The notes beneath the pieces are model-generated. The model did not search any database, was not told the origin of the DNA, and saw only the letters and a program-made list of their open reading frames with translations. Position numbers and translations under genes: made by a program. A stretch of 63,998 nt of DNA, the filler included, from Porpidia crustulata (taxonomy: Eukaryota): assembly GCA_964255105.1 (NCBI GenBank). It is 12 parts of 12 records of this genome, joined end to end, with 100 filler letters (N's around TTAATTAATTAA, not from the genome) between each part and the next. Parts side by side here need not be neighbours in the genome. Positions count along the whole stretch, not along the records: positions 48,344 to 53,597 come from CAXUWE010001868.1; positions 53,698 to 58,949 come from CAXUWE010001869.1; positions 59,050 to 63,998 come from CAXUWE010001952.1; 9 more parts are not named here. One strand, written 5' to 3'. Shown here one piece after another: positions 51,712 through 63,998 of the stretch (its first letter is position 1; the number at the start of each line of letters is the position of its first letter).

Positions 51712-53597
51712 ATGCTGCAACTTTTGACCGTCGCCGCCTTGGCCACTACGGCTGCAGCCTCTTATGCGCGAAACATCAACTACGGCAGTCCTTCCTACAA
51801 TCATCCCAGCTTGGGCATCTCAATTCACAAAGTGAACAAGCGCAATGGAGGCTCTGCGCCATACAACGCCACCGGCTTGAACTTCACGCACGGAGTTGCT
51901 TCTGGAGACCCATATCCGGAGTCGGTCATCCTATGGACAAGATGTGCGCCCATGCAAGACAGTGTCGACAGTAACATAACTGTATCAGGCTACGTGCCAT
52001 TGTATAATCCGGTACCAATTCAGTCGGACACGGACGAGCACAAGCCAGTTTCTACGGCTCCCGTCTGTGTCAGCTACAAAGTCGCGACTGATAAAACGTT
52101 GAAAAAGGTGGTGAATTCGGGCAAGGCATACACAAGCTCTGATGTCGATTACACTTTGAAGGTATGAATTGGCGCAACTAAACGAAAGTCATGGATTGCT
52201 GCAGATCATCCAGCTGACAGGATCGTAGGTAGAAGCTACAAACCTCAAGCCATACACCCAGTATTATTACCAGTTTAGTGTCTGCGATTCCAACGTCACG
52301 AGCCCCATGGGCCGTACCAAAACCACCCCCGAGAAGGATGATTTGGTCACGAAGATCGGCCTTGCCATTTACTCCTGTAGCAATTTTCCCTTCGGATTTT
52401 TCAATGCATACGGGAACCCGGCGCGCAAAGACTCGGTCGACTATGTCATCCATCTTGGGGATTACATCTACGAGTACAAAAACGGAGAGTACGGGCATGG
52501 CCAGACAATTGGACGTGTGCCGCTCCCGGATCGAGACATATTCACCTTATATGACTATCGCAAGCGTCATTCTTCTTACCGTACAGACTTTGATCTACTC
52601 CTGAGCCACCAGCAATTCCCTTGGATCCCTGTGTGGGATGACCATGAGGTGGTACGTTAATGTCATTGTCTATTATTGTTTTATGATCTAATGCCGTCAG
52701 GCGGACAATACTTATAGGGATGGCGAAGCCGATCTCAACAACACCGAAGCCTCCTTTGTTATGGACGGTGGCGTCAGCGTCGATCAGCGAAAGATGAATG
52801 CTGTTCGCGCCTATTTTGAGTGGATGCCGATCCGCCAAGTTGAGATGGACGACAACCTGCGTATCTGGAGAAGCTTTTCGATTGGATCCCTGCTCGATCT
52901 CATCATGCTCGACACCCGTCATTACGATCGATCTCTGACGGATCTATACTACAACACAGACTACGTCCACGCCATTTCCAACGATGCCGGACGGTCGATG
53001 ATGGGCAGCCGCCAGGAGAATTGGTTTTACGGCCAGCTCATCTCTTCAGCACAACGGAAGGCGGCATGGCGGGTGATCGGCTCGCAGACTGTATTCTCTC
53101 GCATCAATGAATCTATTGCTTATGGGAACGTGAACCCGCTGGATTATGACGCTTGGGATGGATACCAGAGCAATCGCAACAGGACGTTTCAAGTTCTATA
53201 TGACCACAACATCAACAACAACATTGTTATCTCTGGAGACTCTCATGCCAATTGGGTCAGCGATCTAGTGTGGCTCGACGACCACGAGTATGATCCCGCG
53301 ACGGGGAAGGGTAGCATCGGTGTCGAGTTTGCCGGCACAGCTGTTTCAAGCCCTTGCCCATACGGTCAGAATATCAGCATTGCCAAAGCCAACAACGCCA
53401 GCAAATACTTGGTGGAATACAACCGAGAGCTGCAATGGTCCGAGCTATACTACCGCGGCTATTATGAATTACAGATCAGTCACGAATCGGTCAACGCCAG
53501 CTTTTTCGGCCTGCCCACGATCATCAACCGCAACCCCAACGAGATCAGCCTGGCTAATTTTACCGTATTGAGCGGGGCGAATGCGCTCTACCGGAAC
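51712..53597 (+). CDS. phoD: Secreted PhoD-family alkaline phosphatase, 3'-truncated
   Basis: Signal peptide, FTHGVASGDP..SVILWTR, SCSN..GFFNAY, HLGDYIYEY, VWDDHE, LDTRHY, DAWDGY, SGDSH. Confidence 0.94.
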
Positions 53598-54173
53598 NNN
53601 NNNNNNNNNNNNNNNNNNNNNNNNNNNNNNNNNNNNNNNNNTTAATTAATTAANNNNNNNNNNNNNNNNNNNNNNNNNNNNNNNNNNNNNNNNNNNNCTC
53701 TAGTCTATCTCTGTTTATATCTTGTGTTGTTATTAGAACAACCGTTACATTAAGTCAGTTATTAAGTTTCAACATTGATGATGACGCGGCGGCAACAAGA
53801 TGAGATGATTAATTTGAGGATAAATGATGCGTATAACATCGAGTTATGATGTTGGACATGCTATATCTAATTAAGTAAGCAGGTGGTGGCCGCAGTACCA
53901 AAAGCGGTGTTTTTGATCTTCTGGAACTGGCATGCGATTTTTAGTTTATCATTTTGATTTGCAAAATCGGCTCCAACTCTAGCATATGACGCTATTTCCG
54001 ATCTCCTCAACTCGATGCTAAAGTTCTTTGATATTTGGATTGAGAGATTGTATCTCTTTTTTCGTCATGTAATTGCCCCGTTAAGCCGGATATGATCTCT
54101 CAGCATCCGCAGATAACCTCGACCGAACCCGATGTCTTGTGAAGAAGATTCCGAGTTCCGCAGAAACTCCAGT

Positions 54174-54860
54174 TTATCGGCGCAACGAAGAAGACCAGCC
54201 CCGACACGCGAACCCGAGTGCGTTCAAGGTTTTTGCTTCTTCGTCATCAAGCCAGCCAACGGCTTCGACGTTTGCCTCGAGGATTCCCGATCGAATGCTC
54301 TTCCACGGCCAGACTGGTTCTAGTTCGGGCATTTGGAGTAGTCGGCAGCAGCCGACGGGACAATAGCAGTTTGTAAAGTCGAGGTGGAGATCAGTCAGCC
54401 TCATTTCGAAGGTTTTATCCATTTTCCACCACCATCTATCGTGCACCAAGCTTATAATGCCTCGCTCGTGACACTCCTCCCGGAGATTTATCGAAGTAGG
54501 AAACTTCGGAGACTCTCGCGCAGCGACGGCGATTTCAAGACGATACGTGCTGTCGAGATCGCGAACATCAAAGCTGATGATGAGCTTGCGGATGTGATGT
54601 TTCGAGGCCTCCCACAGTAAATCGCTTGCTTCGTTGTACGAAAGCTTCCAAGTATTCTTCTCGTAGAGCACTACCGCAGCTTCGGCGCCGATCGATTTGT
54701 TGACTCGTAACAAAGCAACGTCAGGGTTTCGAGGACGGTACGGTCCGAGCTCGGGTTGCTCGTAGATCATGGGATATGGGTCGATTGCGCTGTCAGCAAT
54801 GAGGCAGTACTCATATATCATAAATCGAACCTCCGTAGGTAGACGGAGGAAGTGAGACAT
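54174..54860 (-). CDS. Hypothetical protein with F-box-like N-terminus
   Basis: FLRLPTEVRFMIYEY, ALLRVNKSIGAEAAVVLYEKN, and C-terminal LDFTNCYCPVGCCR. Confidence 0.7.
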   Translation of the reverse strand: MSHFLRLPTEVRFMIYEYCLIADSAIDPYPMIYEQPELGPYRPRNPDVALLRVNKSIGAEAAVVLYEKNTWKLSYNEASDLLWEASKHHIRKLIISFDVRDLDSTYRLEIAVAARESPKFPTSINLREECHERGIISLVHDRWWWKMDKTFEMRLTDLHLDFTNCYCPVGCCRLLQMPELEPVWPWKSIRSGILEANVEAVGWLDDEEAKTLNALGFACRGWSSSLRR

Positions 54861-56267
54861 CGTGGTAGTGACGAGCACTAAGTGGGATCAACGGCAATTA
54901 GTAGAAGCTGGATCATAGCTTACTATGTGTAACTCCGCTGGCTATAGATCTGGTAACCGTGTCTTCATTTCTGTATGTTGGTGGTTGGAGAAGGCAAAAG
55001 TATGACAATTTGAAGAATCTAGCAATAAAACCATCAAAAGCTCACATGCAATCAGCGCTGCGCCACTAATCCGTTTAGAATTAAACATGACGCTACTCTA
55101 CCACGCGGATAACAGAAAAAGCCGGACGCACAAATTGAGCCCCCACCAATTTTCAAGTATATCGCCGAAGTTCGATACGTACCATGAGATTGAGCCTTAA
55201 GCAATAGGATACATATAATATTGAAAAGTTGAGGTGTAATCGAATTTCGTGAGCGAATGACTTTTAAAATTTAGTAGTAAATTTGGTGATGTGGGCGAGG
55301 AATCAATTTGTGCGTCCGGCTTTTTCTGTTGCCCGCGTGACTACCCACAGGTGAGTCAAAATAGCAGCCTAAGAAGCCTAAGAAATAAGGCAATTACTCA
55401 TTCATATTCTTTTGCTCTCGAAATGACCAAAAAGATTGATGCCTTGCATTCTAGGCATAACCTGCCACAATCAAGAGAGCGCCGTCAGGCCTTTGTGTAT
55501 CACAATGAAGACTTATCGTGGCCTAATACTCTCACGAATAAGCAGAAGCATGTCCTTGAGAAGTGCTTGTCACTAGGGACAGATTAGATACACCCTTGTC
55601 AAGACGCCAACACACCGCACCGTCGATGGACTGCGAAACAAGGAATCCACGAGGCAAGGCTGATTCCAGGGGACATATCTGATGAAGCTGGAGATATCCA
55701 ATGGGCCAGAGTCTCCATGATCGATGGGTAGATATGTAGCAGCTTGCGGACTAGCCATCGCATGAACGCTTCGCACGTGTACATGGTTCTTATGCATATA
55801 TCCTTGATATTCAACTAAATTCTGCAGCAAACGATGTTTCTTCATGGCTCCGATGATCATCGTATGGTCGATTGACTGTAAGACTATCAGGTCCCTTGAT
55901 CATCGGTGTTGATATTGCTGTCTTAGCGAGCACTGTCTTGTATCCACTGATAGAATTGTCAACAAAAAGCCGGGATCACCTCTTGTTTAGACATGTAGCT
56001 GGACGCAAAATCCAAGGCTTAAAGGGTGAAGACGATGACGCTGTGCTGTGAGGATGTGCAGCTGTCGGGTATACGCTTAGAAGATTGCAATCTTGAAGTC
56101 TTCACTCTGTAATGTAGAGAGAGAACAGCACAAGGCATTTCAGTCCTTCGCTAAGCCGGTAGGGAAATTGAAGGGTTATCTACCAAGGCGGAAGACATAG
56201 AAAGTGTGCAACAGGGAGCACTTCTAGAGTCGACTGTCCATTGGTATACGAGTTGGTTCCTTGGCCA

Positions 56268-57798
56268 TCAATTCTTCTTCCCAAAATAGTTCATCAGATT
56301 ATTCTTCTGTGGTGTGGTTTTGATTTTCCTGATCTTGTTCGCTTCTCTTCCTTCGACAGGATCCGGCTTCTCGCCAACCTTCATCAAAGCCATTAGCTCT
56401 TCAAACTCGGCTACAGGTATGATACCGCCAGAAGCTTCTTTATGCCCTTTGGCAAAACTCTCACCCATTCGCTGCACCAGATCCGTGGTGGCTAGATCCG
56501 CTACAGCCTTCAACGATGATATGATGTCCACAGGAGGATCACGATTGCGGGCGACACGAGCGATCCGGCAAGAGAAGTTCACGAGACCGGGTAGGTAGCC
56601 GGTGTTTGCAACCATGACGATCTCAAGGGCTTTCGAGTGAAGATGACCGGCCCATCTTGTGGCAATTACAGGATGAACTTGAGCAGCGCTATGGATTTTT
56701 AGAACGGCGATTTTGCCGTCTTTGCTGAACTTGGGCGGCGTATGCGTTTGCGCTTCGACCTCGGCGTTGATTTCGGCACGAGCGGAAAGCAGTCTTGGGT
56801 TGCTGAGAATTTCTTTTGGGCTTTCGGCTCCGAGCAAGGCTTCCCAAGCGGACATGACATCGAAGTTCGAGGTCCTTCTTGGAGCGTTGATCAGCGATAC
56901 CGCAGCATTGATGGACTTTTTCGAGTACGTCTTGAAGACCTCGGTCATATCAGGAAAAGGAGGCTTCCATTTGAGGGTATTCCCCAGATCGCCATGCGTC
57001 CCCATTGCACACAAATAGCCGCACTGTGCCTCAACGTCCGGATGTAAGGGTCTACAGATCTCGTAGGTCAATAATGAGGACGTTGCTACAGGCGGATAAT
57101 GACAGGCGGAAACAACCTGTCTTTCATCAGCCCAGCAAGACAGCACACTCATAGTCCCCCTACCATTGCATTCTCGGGAAACTCATCGCTGAGATGATGA
57201 TCTATAATCAACGCTCTCACATCCCCACCATCAACTACCGCTGGCCCTTTCCGACTCCCATGATCCACAACAATGATATATCTCGCACCTTTTTGCCGCA
57301 TCGCTTCTCTCTCCCCCTCAATATGCATATTCGCCCCTTTCCCTATCAGATGCACATCGATCAACGACTGGGGTAGGCCCAACGCCGTCAAAGTCCTGTG
57401 TACAATCACCCCGGCACCCAGCCCATCAGCATCTTTGTCTGGCACGATCAGCGTCTTGGCGTTTGATGCCGCACTGTGTACCTCCCAATCAGCCTTCATT
57501 TAACGCCCCGCCCCTTTTCCTCGACGCACCACTCCCTCAAAAAGCCCCTGGCGCTCTCTATGGCTTCAGTAGCAGCCGGCCAGACGATCGCGCCGCGCCC
57601 GTCTCTCCGACCCTCGACGTCACAGTAATCTGGCAACGATTCCCTTGTACGCTTAGCCTTTGGCATCGCCGGAGTGTCGATGGCTTTGCGTTTCATATCG
57701 GCGGCAGAACTGGCAGCTTGTACTCGTATCGAAGGCTTAACGAAGAGGTAAGTCAATTGCAGACTCGGACGGACGAGCCTAGCATGGCTTAAGATCAT
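56268..57798 (-). CDS. DHH-family phosphoesterase (RecJ-like), spliced; alternative start at 57696
   Basis: IVPDKDADGL, IIVVDHGS, LIIDHH, GTHGDLG, and DHHA1-like KGHKEASGG. Confidence 0.85.
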
Positions 57799-58239
57799 GG
57801 AGAGGAAAAATTGTGCAGCGGTCTGTATAGGTAGAGCGCGGACTATTTGGTGCTGATCACGATAATTGTAACATGATGTCTGATGGACGTCTTGACTAAA
57901 TTGTAGTATTGAAGCGGATTGCGATTGGACCTGATGACGTCATAATCGAGTCGATAGCTTTCTGATCAATCCATTTTGACAAACATGTTAGATAAATTTC
58001 CATTCAACTTTCCTCGAGCATACAAAGCACATGTGGTCCAGAACGAAGCACACCTCCATGAAAATTTCCTCCACTACACATACAACCCCATAGTTGTGCA
58101 CTCCTGATCAAGAGTCATCCATTGAGGATGCATTCTTATGGTTCGAAGAAGCACCATCGCAAAATCACCTCATATAGACAATCGCGAACCCATCCGCTAG
58201 CTTAGATAATTCTCGTACCTAGCGAATCAATCCCAAGTC

Positions 58240-58620
58240 TGTATAAAATCAAATAATATGACGGAACGGGGATAAGAGTCACTTTCTTCCGTAGTGCCTT
58301 ACGTGCTTGGCTTCCACGATGGACCTGAATTGGTTATCGGATTGCCTTGCCTCCTTCTCTACAGCTCTCCCCACCCCTTCATGTCTTTTCAATCTCAACA
58401 CCTCACTCATCCTCTCCCCAATCCCATCTCCCCCCAGTCCTCCGCTTTCGCTGAACGCAGCCAGCAAGGGGTAGAAGTGACCTGATTCCAGCCGGATGGC
58501 CGTAGCATCGAAAGTCTTTACCGCACTTGGAAAAAAATCCGCTCGGTCTCATGGCGAGCTTGCCCTGAAGGCCCATAAACACAACAAGATCTTCAAATTC
58601 CTAATCCCACTTTCACCCAA
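58240..58620 (-). pseudogene. Degenerate coding remnant of an unidentified fungal protein
   Basis: Protein-like stretches DLVVFMGLQGKLAM, ARHETERIFF, GWNQVTSTPCWL, KDMKGWGEL and GNPITNSGPSWKPS are broken by stops and a frameshift. Confidence 0.35.
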
Positions 58621-59049
58621 ACGCTTGTAACCGCCAAAGAACAAAATCTTCATCGCTCAAATACCCGACTGGCTTCCTTTCCGAACCGCTACGTCAATTT
58701 TTCCTTCTCGAAAGAACCCTTATTTAGATATTTTTGTTATTTCATTCTAGTACACGTAAACCGAAATTAAGACTTAGAAAAGTGTGTTGTATTTTTCGTG
58801 AATTTGGGGAGGGTATGCTTGTCTGGGGGTTGCGGAGGGTACTTCTTTTATTTTATGATTATTTAGCTTCTGTTTCATATCTAGCACAGGATATACTCAT
58901 GATCTTAATCTCTGTCACCATTATCCCTTGAATCCTTGCTTCTCTCCCCNNNNNNNNNNNNNNNNNNNNNNNNNNNNNNNNNNNNNNNNNNNNTTAATTA
59001 ATTAANNNNNNNNNNNNNNNNNNNNNNNNNNNNNNNNNNNNNNNNNNNN

Positions 59050-60463
59050 TATTAGTAGTGCCTTTCAAAAAGTGTTGATCGATGGTGAACCAGAACTCCA
59101 GAACATAGTGCTATCAAGTTTCAAAGAGTTTTTCGCCATGCAAGAAGGTCAAGCTGAAGTCAAGACTGAAGAGGCTCATGTCGAGAACAGTGCTGCAAAT
59201 GGTGGGAAGCTTGGAGGATCGATGACGGCAAGTGATAGCGACGGAGCGTCTGCACTTATTGCGCAACAATTTCTAAGGAGCGTGCTACGTATTGCTCTGG
59301 CCAGTCAGGACTTGCCCGCGCTAACAGCCACTGAGGTGGTCACGAGCATTAATAGGCAAGGCTTGGTGCATCCTAAAGAATCCGGACCCGCGCTCGTGGC
59401 CTTGGAAACGTCTACAAATCCTGCAATTGCCGAAGTAGCATACCAAGAGCATCGGAATCTACATCAGCAACACGAGAGTATGTTTGAACGGGAATACATG
59501 AGAGCCATTCGGGAAGCCTTCCAATATCAGACAGAAATTGTAAAAGACCCTCTCGGCTTTACAGCGCAGCCACCTATCGCAAAGCTAGGTCGCATGTTTG
59601 AGATCATCAAGACCAGCAAGGGCAAGTATCAGAAAAAGTTTCTGCTCAGCTACTGTTCGAAAATCGACTTTGATATTGCGAAGTTGGACGTCTCAGACAG
59701 TTCGCCATCAATTCTACAGTATTCGAGATTTTTGATTGAAAATCTAGCTTTATTTGAATTTGGCCGGATGGATGAACTTTTACATGCTATTGCATGCATG
59801 GAGAAGATCGTTGCGGGTACAGGATCAGGCATCGCTCACAGTATCAACACGGAGATTTTTCATATTGGTGTAGAGGCAGGTCAGCCTACTGACAGCATGG
59901 TAAATGATACTGGGATTGCTAATGACGCTTCGAGCGTAAGTTTCGCTGCTTCGAGACTACGCCAACTGACAACTGGTTCGATCATCCTGTCATGCCTGTG
60001 GGATGCAAGGACATATCTTAGGCGACTGTATGGTTTAGCGGTAACCCAACAAAGGCGCGACAGCAAAGCCAAAGCCGCCGCCAAGGATCTCAACAAGGTC
60101 CCAACCAAGGCTCCGGGGGTTAACGCCGATCGCTTGCTGGCAACGGTCGCCGAAAAGATCAATTCGCTGGATAGCCAAGAATCAATGGTGCAGCAATGTA
60201 AAGATTTTGTGGAGTTGCTATCTGTAGACAACGAGGTCAAAGTGGCCGCAGAGGGTGAAGAAGATGTAGAGAGAACAGAGACACCGAGTGGGGAGGATGA
60301 AGGGGACAGTCCGATGCAGACTAACGGGGGGCCGAAAACGTTGAAACGGAAGAGCTCGGTATCTGTTGCTGGTACTCCGCAGAAGAAACCGCGAGGAAGA
60401 CCGTCTCTTGGGAAGCGTAAGAAGAGTGGGAAGAGCATTGGGGGAGACGAGGATTGGGACTAA
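59050..60463 (+). CDS. SCC2: Cohesin loader Scc2/Mis4/NIPBL, 3' part
   Basis: Q.FL..VL.IAL, INRQGLVHPKESGPALVALETS, H.QHESMFEREY, FLIENLA.F, and a basic C-terminal tail. Confidence 0.9.
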
Positions 60464-61947
60464 GGAACAAGGATTTACGGGCGCACCGCATTATGCTCCG
60501 ACGTTTGGGTCTCGGATGCATTCGAGAATTGCTTGGGTGTGCTCCGCATTGCATGACGAAAAAAGGAAAACAGGAAAAGGAAAAAGGGAAAAGATGTGGC
60601 GTCATCATGGAAGATACCCTTTTTGCCAGGTCAACGTTTGCTTTTGATATGTAGGCATTCTATGTTGAAGCTTTTTGCCCATAGACGACATATTCAGAAT
60701 CTCTGCTTAAGCTTAATAATGAGCTTATCTTTCCTTTGTCGCCTCCACGGTTGGAATGCTACGCATGTAGGTTGCTGGGCTGCCAGGACGGCTGGTTGTA
60801 TCTTGCGACAGCCTTAGATACGTTACTCTGCGGTTGATTCTACTGGTTCCGTCGATGGTGTAGCGGGGATGAATTCGTGCGCTGTTTCGGCATAGCCTCA
60901 TACTTGACGAGAATGCAACAACAGATCTAGCATATTCCAAGTAGCTGATACAGGAACCTGTTGGCCTTCCTTCATCTTAAGCTGCAGAAAGGTGCATGGT
61001 GGTTGGCTAATAGTATGTACCTGAAGGTCTTTGGCTAGGATGGCGGTGCTTACGTGCCACCGCTAGCGGAACTGCTCGAGACTTCAACCAACACCCCGTG
61101 TGCCCGTTCTCACCCACACACCCACACACTCACTCACATACATTTCTCACAACTCCGACCATTCGTGATCCTTCCGCACCCAAGTATCGGAAACAGCTGA
61201 AGCAGCGTCATCGCTAAACCGAGATGGAGCAATTCCCATTCTACAGCGAGCATATGCAGATTCACGTACCAAGATTCAATAATCATCGTTACGTGATCCT
61301 TTGTGCATTAGGACCTATCCTTTATTTCTTTTCTCGAGGGCCTTGAAACTTAACGAGCTAACTGGTGAACCAATTGTTAGGGCTGTGATGAGACAAACTA
61401 CACTGTGTCACTGGAGATCTTTCATTCTAGAACCTCTCACCATCATTGCTATCTTTACGCCATTAGATTTGTTTGACTGTTTCTTAAAAGATAGCAGAAT
61501 GGGTTTCAAACACGCTGGCCAAACGCTACAGAAGGTTACTTCGTCGTTGAAATATTCATCAGGCTGTCGAGAACGCAGCAGCAGGATCAGGCCAAGGATG
61601 TTTCAAACCCCTGGTGAAGCTGCTTGTCCGAGAATTAGGGCAAGTGAATACGTTGTGCCTCCTTCAGGCCTGCTAAGCTTGGATCCTTTCCCTTACAGCC
61701 CCTGTCAACAATTTCACACTCTTTTTCTAAACAATGATATTATATAAAGCCATGGGTACATTCATTGTCCAGGAACAACAATTCCTTTCTTTCTTGATAT
61801 AAGCAAAGATCCTGGGGATCTTTCTACGTGTCACCCACAGACACTTGCTATTCTTATCCCATTCATTCTCTGGAGACTACAATCAATTTCTGCGCTTTCT
61901 TTCGAACTTGCGAACAAACGCTCTATCTGGAATAGAGTACTCTCAAA

Positions 61948-62658
61948 ATGCACACCTCTAGCCTCATTTCGGCTCTGGCCTGCCTCGTAGGCGGCATCAG
62001 CGCTCTCGGCGTTCCGTACGGACCCAATGACCCTGTTATCACGATCATCAACATGGGCACCAAGCCCCATTACTACAACGCCGTCAAAGACTCCTCGGCC
62101 TCCCCGACATCCTGGACTGGTTGCGCGGACAACTGCATCACGGTCCAACCCGGCAAACCTTTTCAGCTGCACCCAGGCGTTAGGTGGAACGGGGTCATCA
62201 CGAGCCAACCGCAACAGGTCAGACATGAGATCAACATCGATGATCGCAATACGCCCGGAATGTTTTTCTACGACATAAGCATGCAGTATGGCCTCGGTGA
62301 TTCCACCCTGGGCCCCACGGACAACAGTTCCCCCATCGCCGGCGAGCAAGACTACCTGGCCAAGGCAAATGTTGGGTGGAAAACCCTTGGCAAAGCTAAG
62401 CAGACGGAGTTGCTTGCCGTGAGCGTGAACGGCGCGAAATATCTCACCGGCACCGTCGGTGGTTCCTTGACGGCCGCCCGGAACGATATGAGCGCACCCC
62501 AAAATATTCTCAACTTCTACCAGATCACCTCTCAGATCAACGCGTACATTGACCCTGGCAGTGTGACCGGTAAGGCCGCCACCGCCTCGACGGGGACGGC
62601 GGATAAGAAAAGCACGTCGACCAAGTCCAATAAATTTACCATCATTGGATATCACTGA
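61948..62658 (+). CDS. Secreted protein, possible thaumatin/osmotin-like beta fold
   Basis: Signal peptide, ITIIN, WNGVI, RHEINI, FYDISMQYG. TATA-like tatataaa at about 61741. Intronless with strong codon bias. Confidence 0.7.
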   Translation: MHTSSLISALACLVGGISALGVPYGPNDPVITIINMGTKPHYYNAVKDSSASPTSWTGCADNCITVQPGKPFQLHPGVRWNGVITSQPQQVRHEINIDDRNTPGMFFYDISMQYGLGDSTLGPTDNSSPIAGEQDYLAKANVGWKTLGKAKQTELLAVSVNGAKYLTGTVGGSLTAARNDMSAPQNILNFYQITSQINAYIDPGSVTGKAATASTGTADKKSTSTKSNKFTIIGYH

Positions 62659-63950
62659 GGAAGCTCTTATACCTGCTTGGGAGTAATCATGCGTCTTGTG
62701 TGAATAGGGGTTATACAGGCGTTTGGAGACTGAAGGCGTTTACCACATCGTTCAGTGGATTTCACCCATAGTCCTTTACGGATTTCTTTGTTCTCTTTTC
62801 TTTCCGATGTATACATTCATCTATATGAAAGCTCGCGACGTTTTCGATATAAAAAGTATAGAGATTATATAACCTAAACATCCAACTACAACACGACCAT
62901 TGAAATTCATCGCAAAACAATCCGCAACTCTCCAGCAGAAGCTGCCAAATTATCATAACGCACTAGCTACTACCCCCCAAAAACAATCTCGAAACCTAAC
63001 TCCGCCCTGCCACCCTGCCAGAGACATAATAATAAGGCACCCGCCCACGCCACTTACCCGCATCAGATCCCCTAAGCCTCAACCCGCGCCACCTCCCTCC
63101 CGCGCCGTCCAATCTCGCTCCCGGTAACCCCTTCTTCACCACTAACCATCACCACCCACTACTCATCACCCACTGGCAAAACATTGGATCCCAACAACGG
63201 AGAAAAAAAATGGTGTTTCACGTTGCGGGAACGCTAGTACATGTACAAGACCGCTCAGATCTGCGGCGTTGGTCTGGTTGGGGTTGATGGTGAGGATGGA
63301 GGGAATGTGGGGGCATAATGGGGATGTTGAATGGTGAATGGATGCTTCAATTCCCTCGTTCAAAACCTCACGACATCATGGCATTCGATATCTCGCCAAG
63401 CTCATCATGCTAGAGTACGTGAGTACCTACATTAAACAAAGTCATCTTTGAAAAGCGCTAGTCCCCAAAATCTCAATCACGACCATGAAAGCCGTGAGTC
63501 GACCAATAATGCACTCCATCTCCGCTTCCATCCCATCCTTCTCTTCCTCCCTTTTTCCCTTCTCCCCTCTCCCCTTTCATAACCACCACCGCCATCACAT
63601 CCCCTCTCCATTTCCATCCCCACAACAACCCCGCCTAATTAATCGCCCTCTCGAAATCCTCTACGTTCGTATCTATCAATCTCACACCAACGCTACCTTG
63701 ATGTGGGAGAGTCGATTGCCGCTGGTTTCGAATCTGTGGAGTAGGAGGAGGATAGTTGGGTTCGGTTGTGTTTTTGCTGTTGGGTTTTGATGATGTGTTT
63801 ATTGTGGATGGGTGGAAGGGTGGAAGGGGGGGGTAGGGTGGAAGGAAGAAAGGAAGGGATGGGAGTTGATGGAGGAAGAGTTGTAGGATATGGCAGTGTG
63901 ACTAGGAGCGGTGATTGGGGGGTTGTTAAGATGTGTGTTGGTAATAGAGA

Positions 63951-63993
63951 AAGGTAGGTAAACAGGTAGATAGGTAAACAGGTAGGTAGGTAT
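63951..63993. repeat. Simple repeat (aggt)n / ggtaaacaggta
   Basis: aggtaggtaaacaggtagataggtaaacaggtaggtagg. Confidence 0.6.
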
Positions 63994-63998
63994 AGAGG

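Noticed and set aside
5290..59049. Regularly spaced TTAATTAATTAA palindromes about every 5.36 kb, resembling a periodic repeat or array
   Set aside because: They are embedded in fixed N-runs, give stops in six frames and separate size-sorted contigs, so they are a concatenation artefact. ORFs ending in X...LIN and any cross-linker gene clusters are also artefacts.
61051..61150. TA-CGT start followed by a CA-rich tract, vaguely TIR-like
   Set aside because: No internal direct repeats or partner end; the CA tract is low complexity.
61831..62655. 274-aa minus-strand ORF
   Set aside because: Antisense shadow of the codon-biased secreted gene.

Overview
Eukaryotic DNA from a filamentous ascomycete (Pezizomycotina), with short GT-AG introns and CTRAC-type branch points. 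The window is not one locus. It is 12 unrelated contigs of about 5.25-5.29 kb, sorted by decreasing length and joined by an artificial 100-nt linker (N44-TTAATTAATTAA-N44), so only neighbours inside a contig are real. Recognisable genes: a divergent UDP-rhamnose synthesis pair, an IRC20/SHPRH-like SNF2-RING helicase, MPS1, BTN1, RXT3, a kelch protein, metR, a PTH11-like/MFS fusion, SRA-YDG, BTB, GH17, PhoD, a DHH/RecJ-like protein, SCC2 and a secreted thaumatin-like protein. The best candidate for an undescribed system is a co-oriented three-gene cassette in contig 3: a caspase-like His-Cys protease, a 57-aa SH3-like microprotein missed by the ORF track, and a DUF6594 membrane protein. Related tiny TA-flanked MITEs and TIR ends lie at several contig breakpoints. 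All family assignments come from motif recognition by eye; no database search was run.
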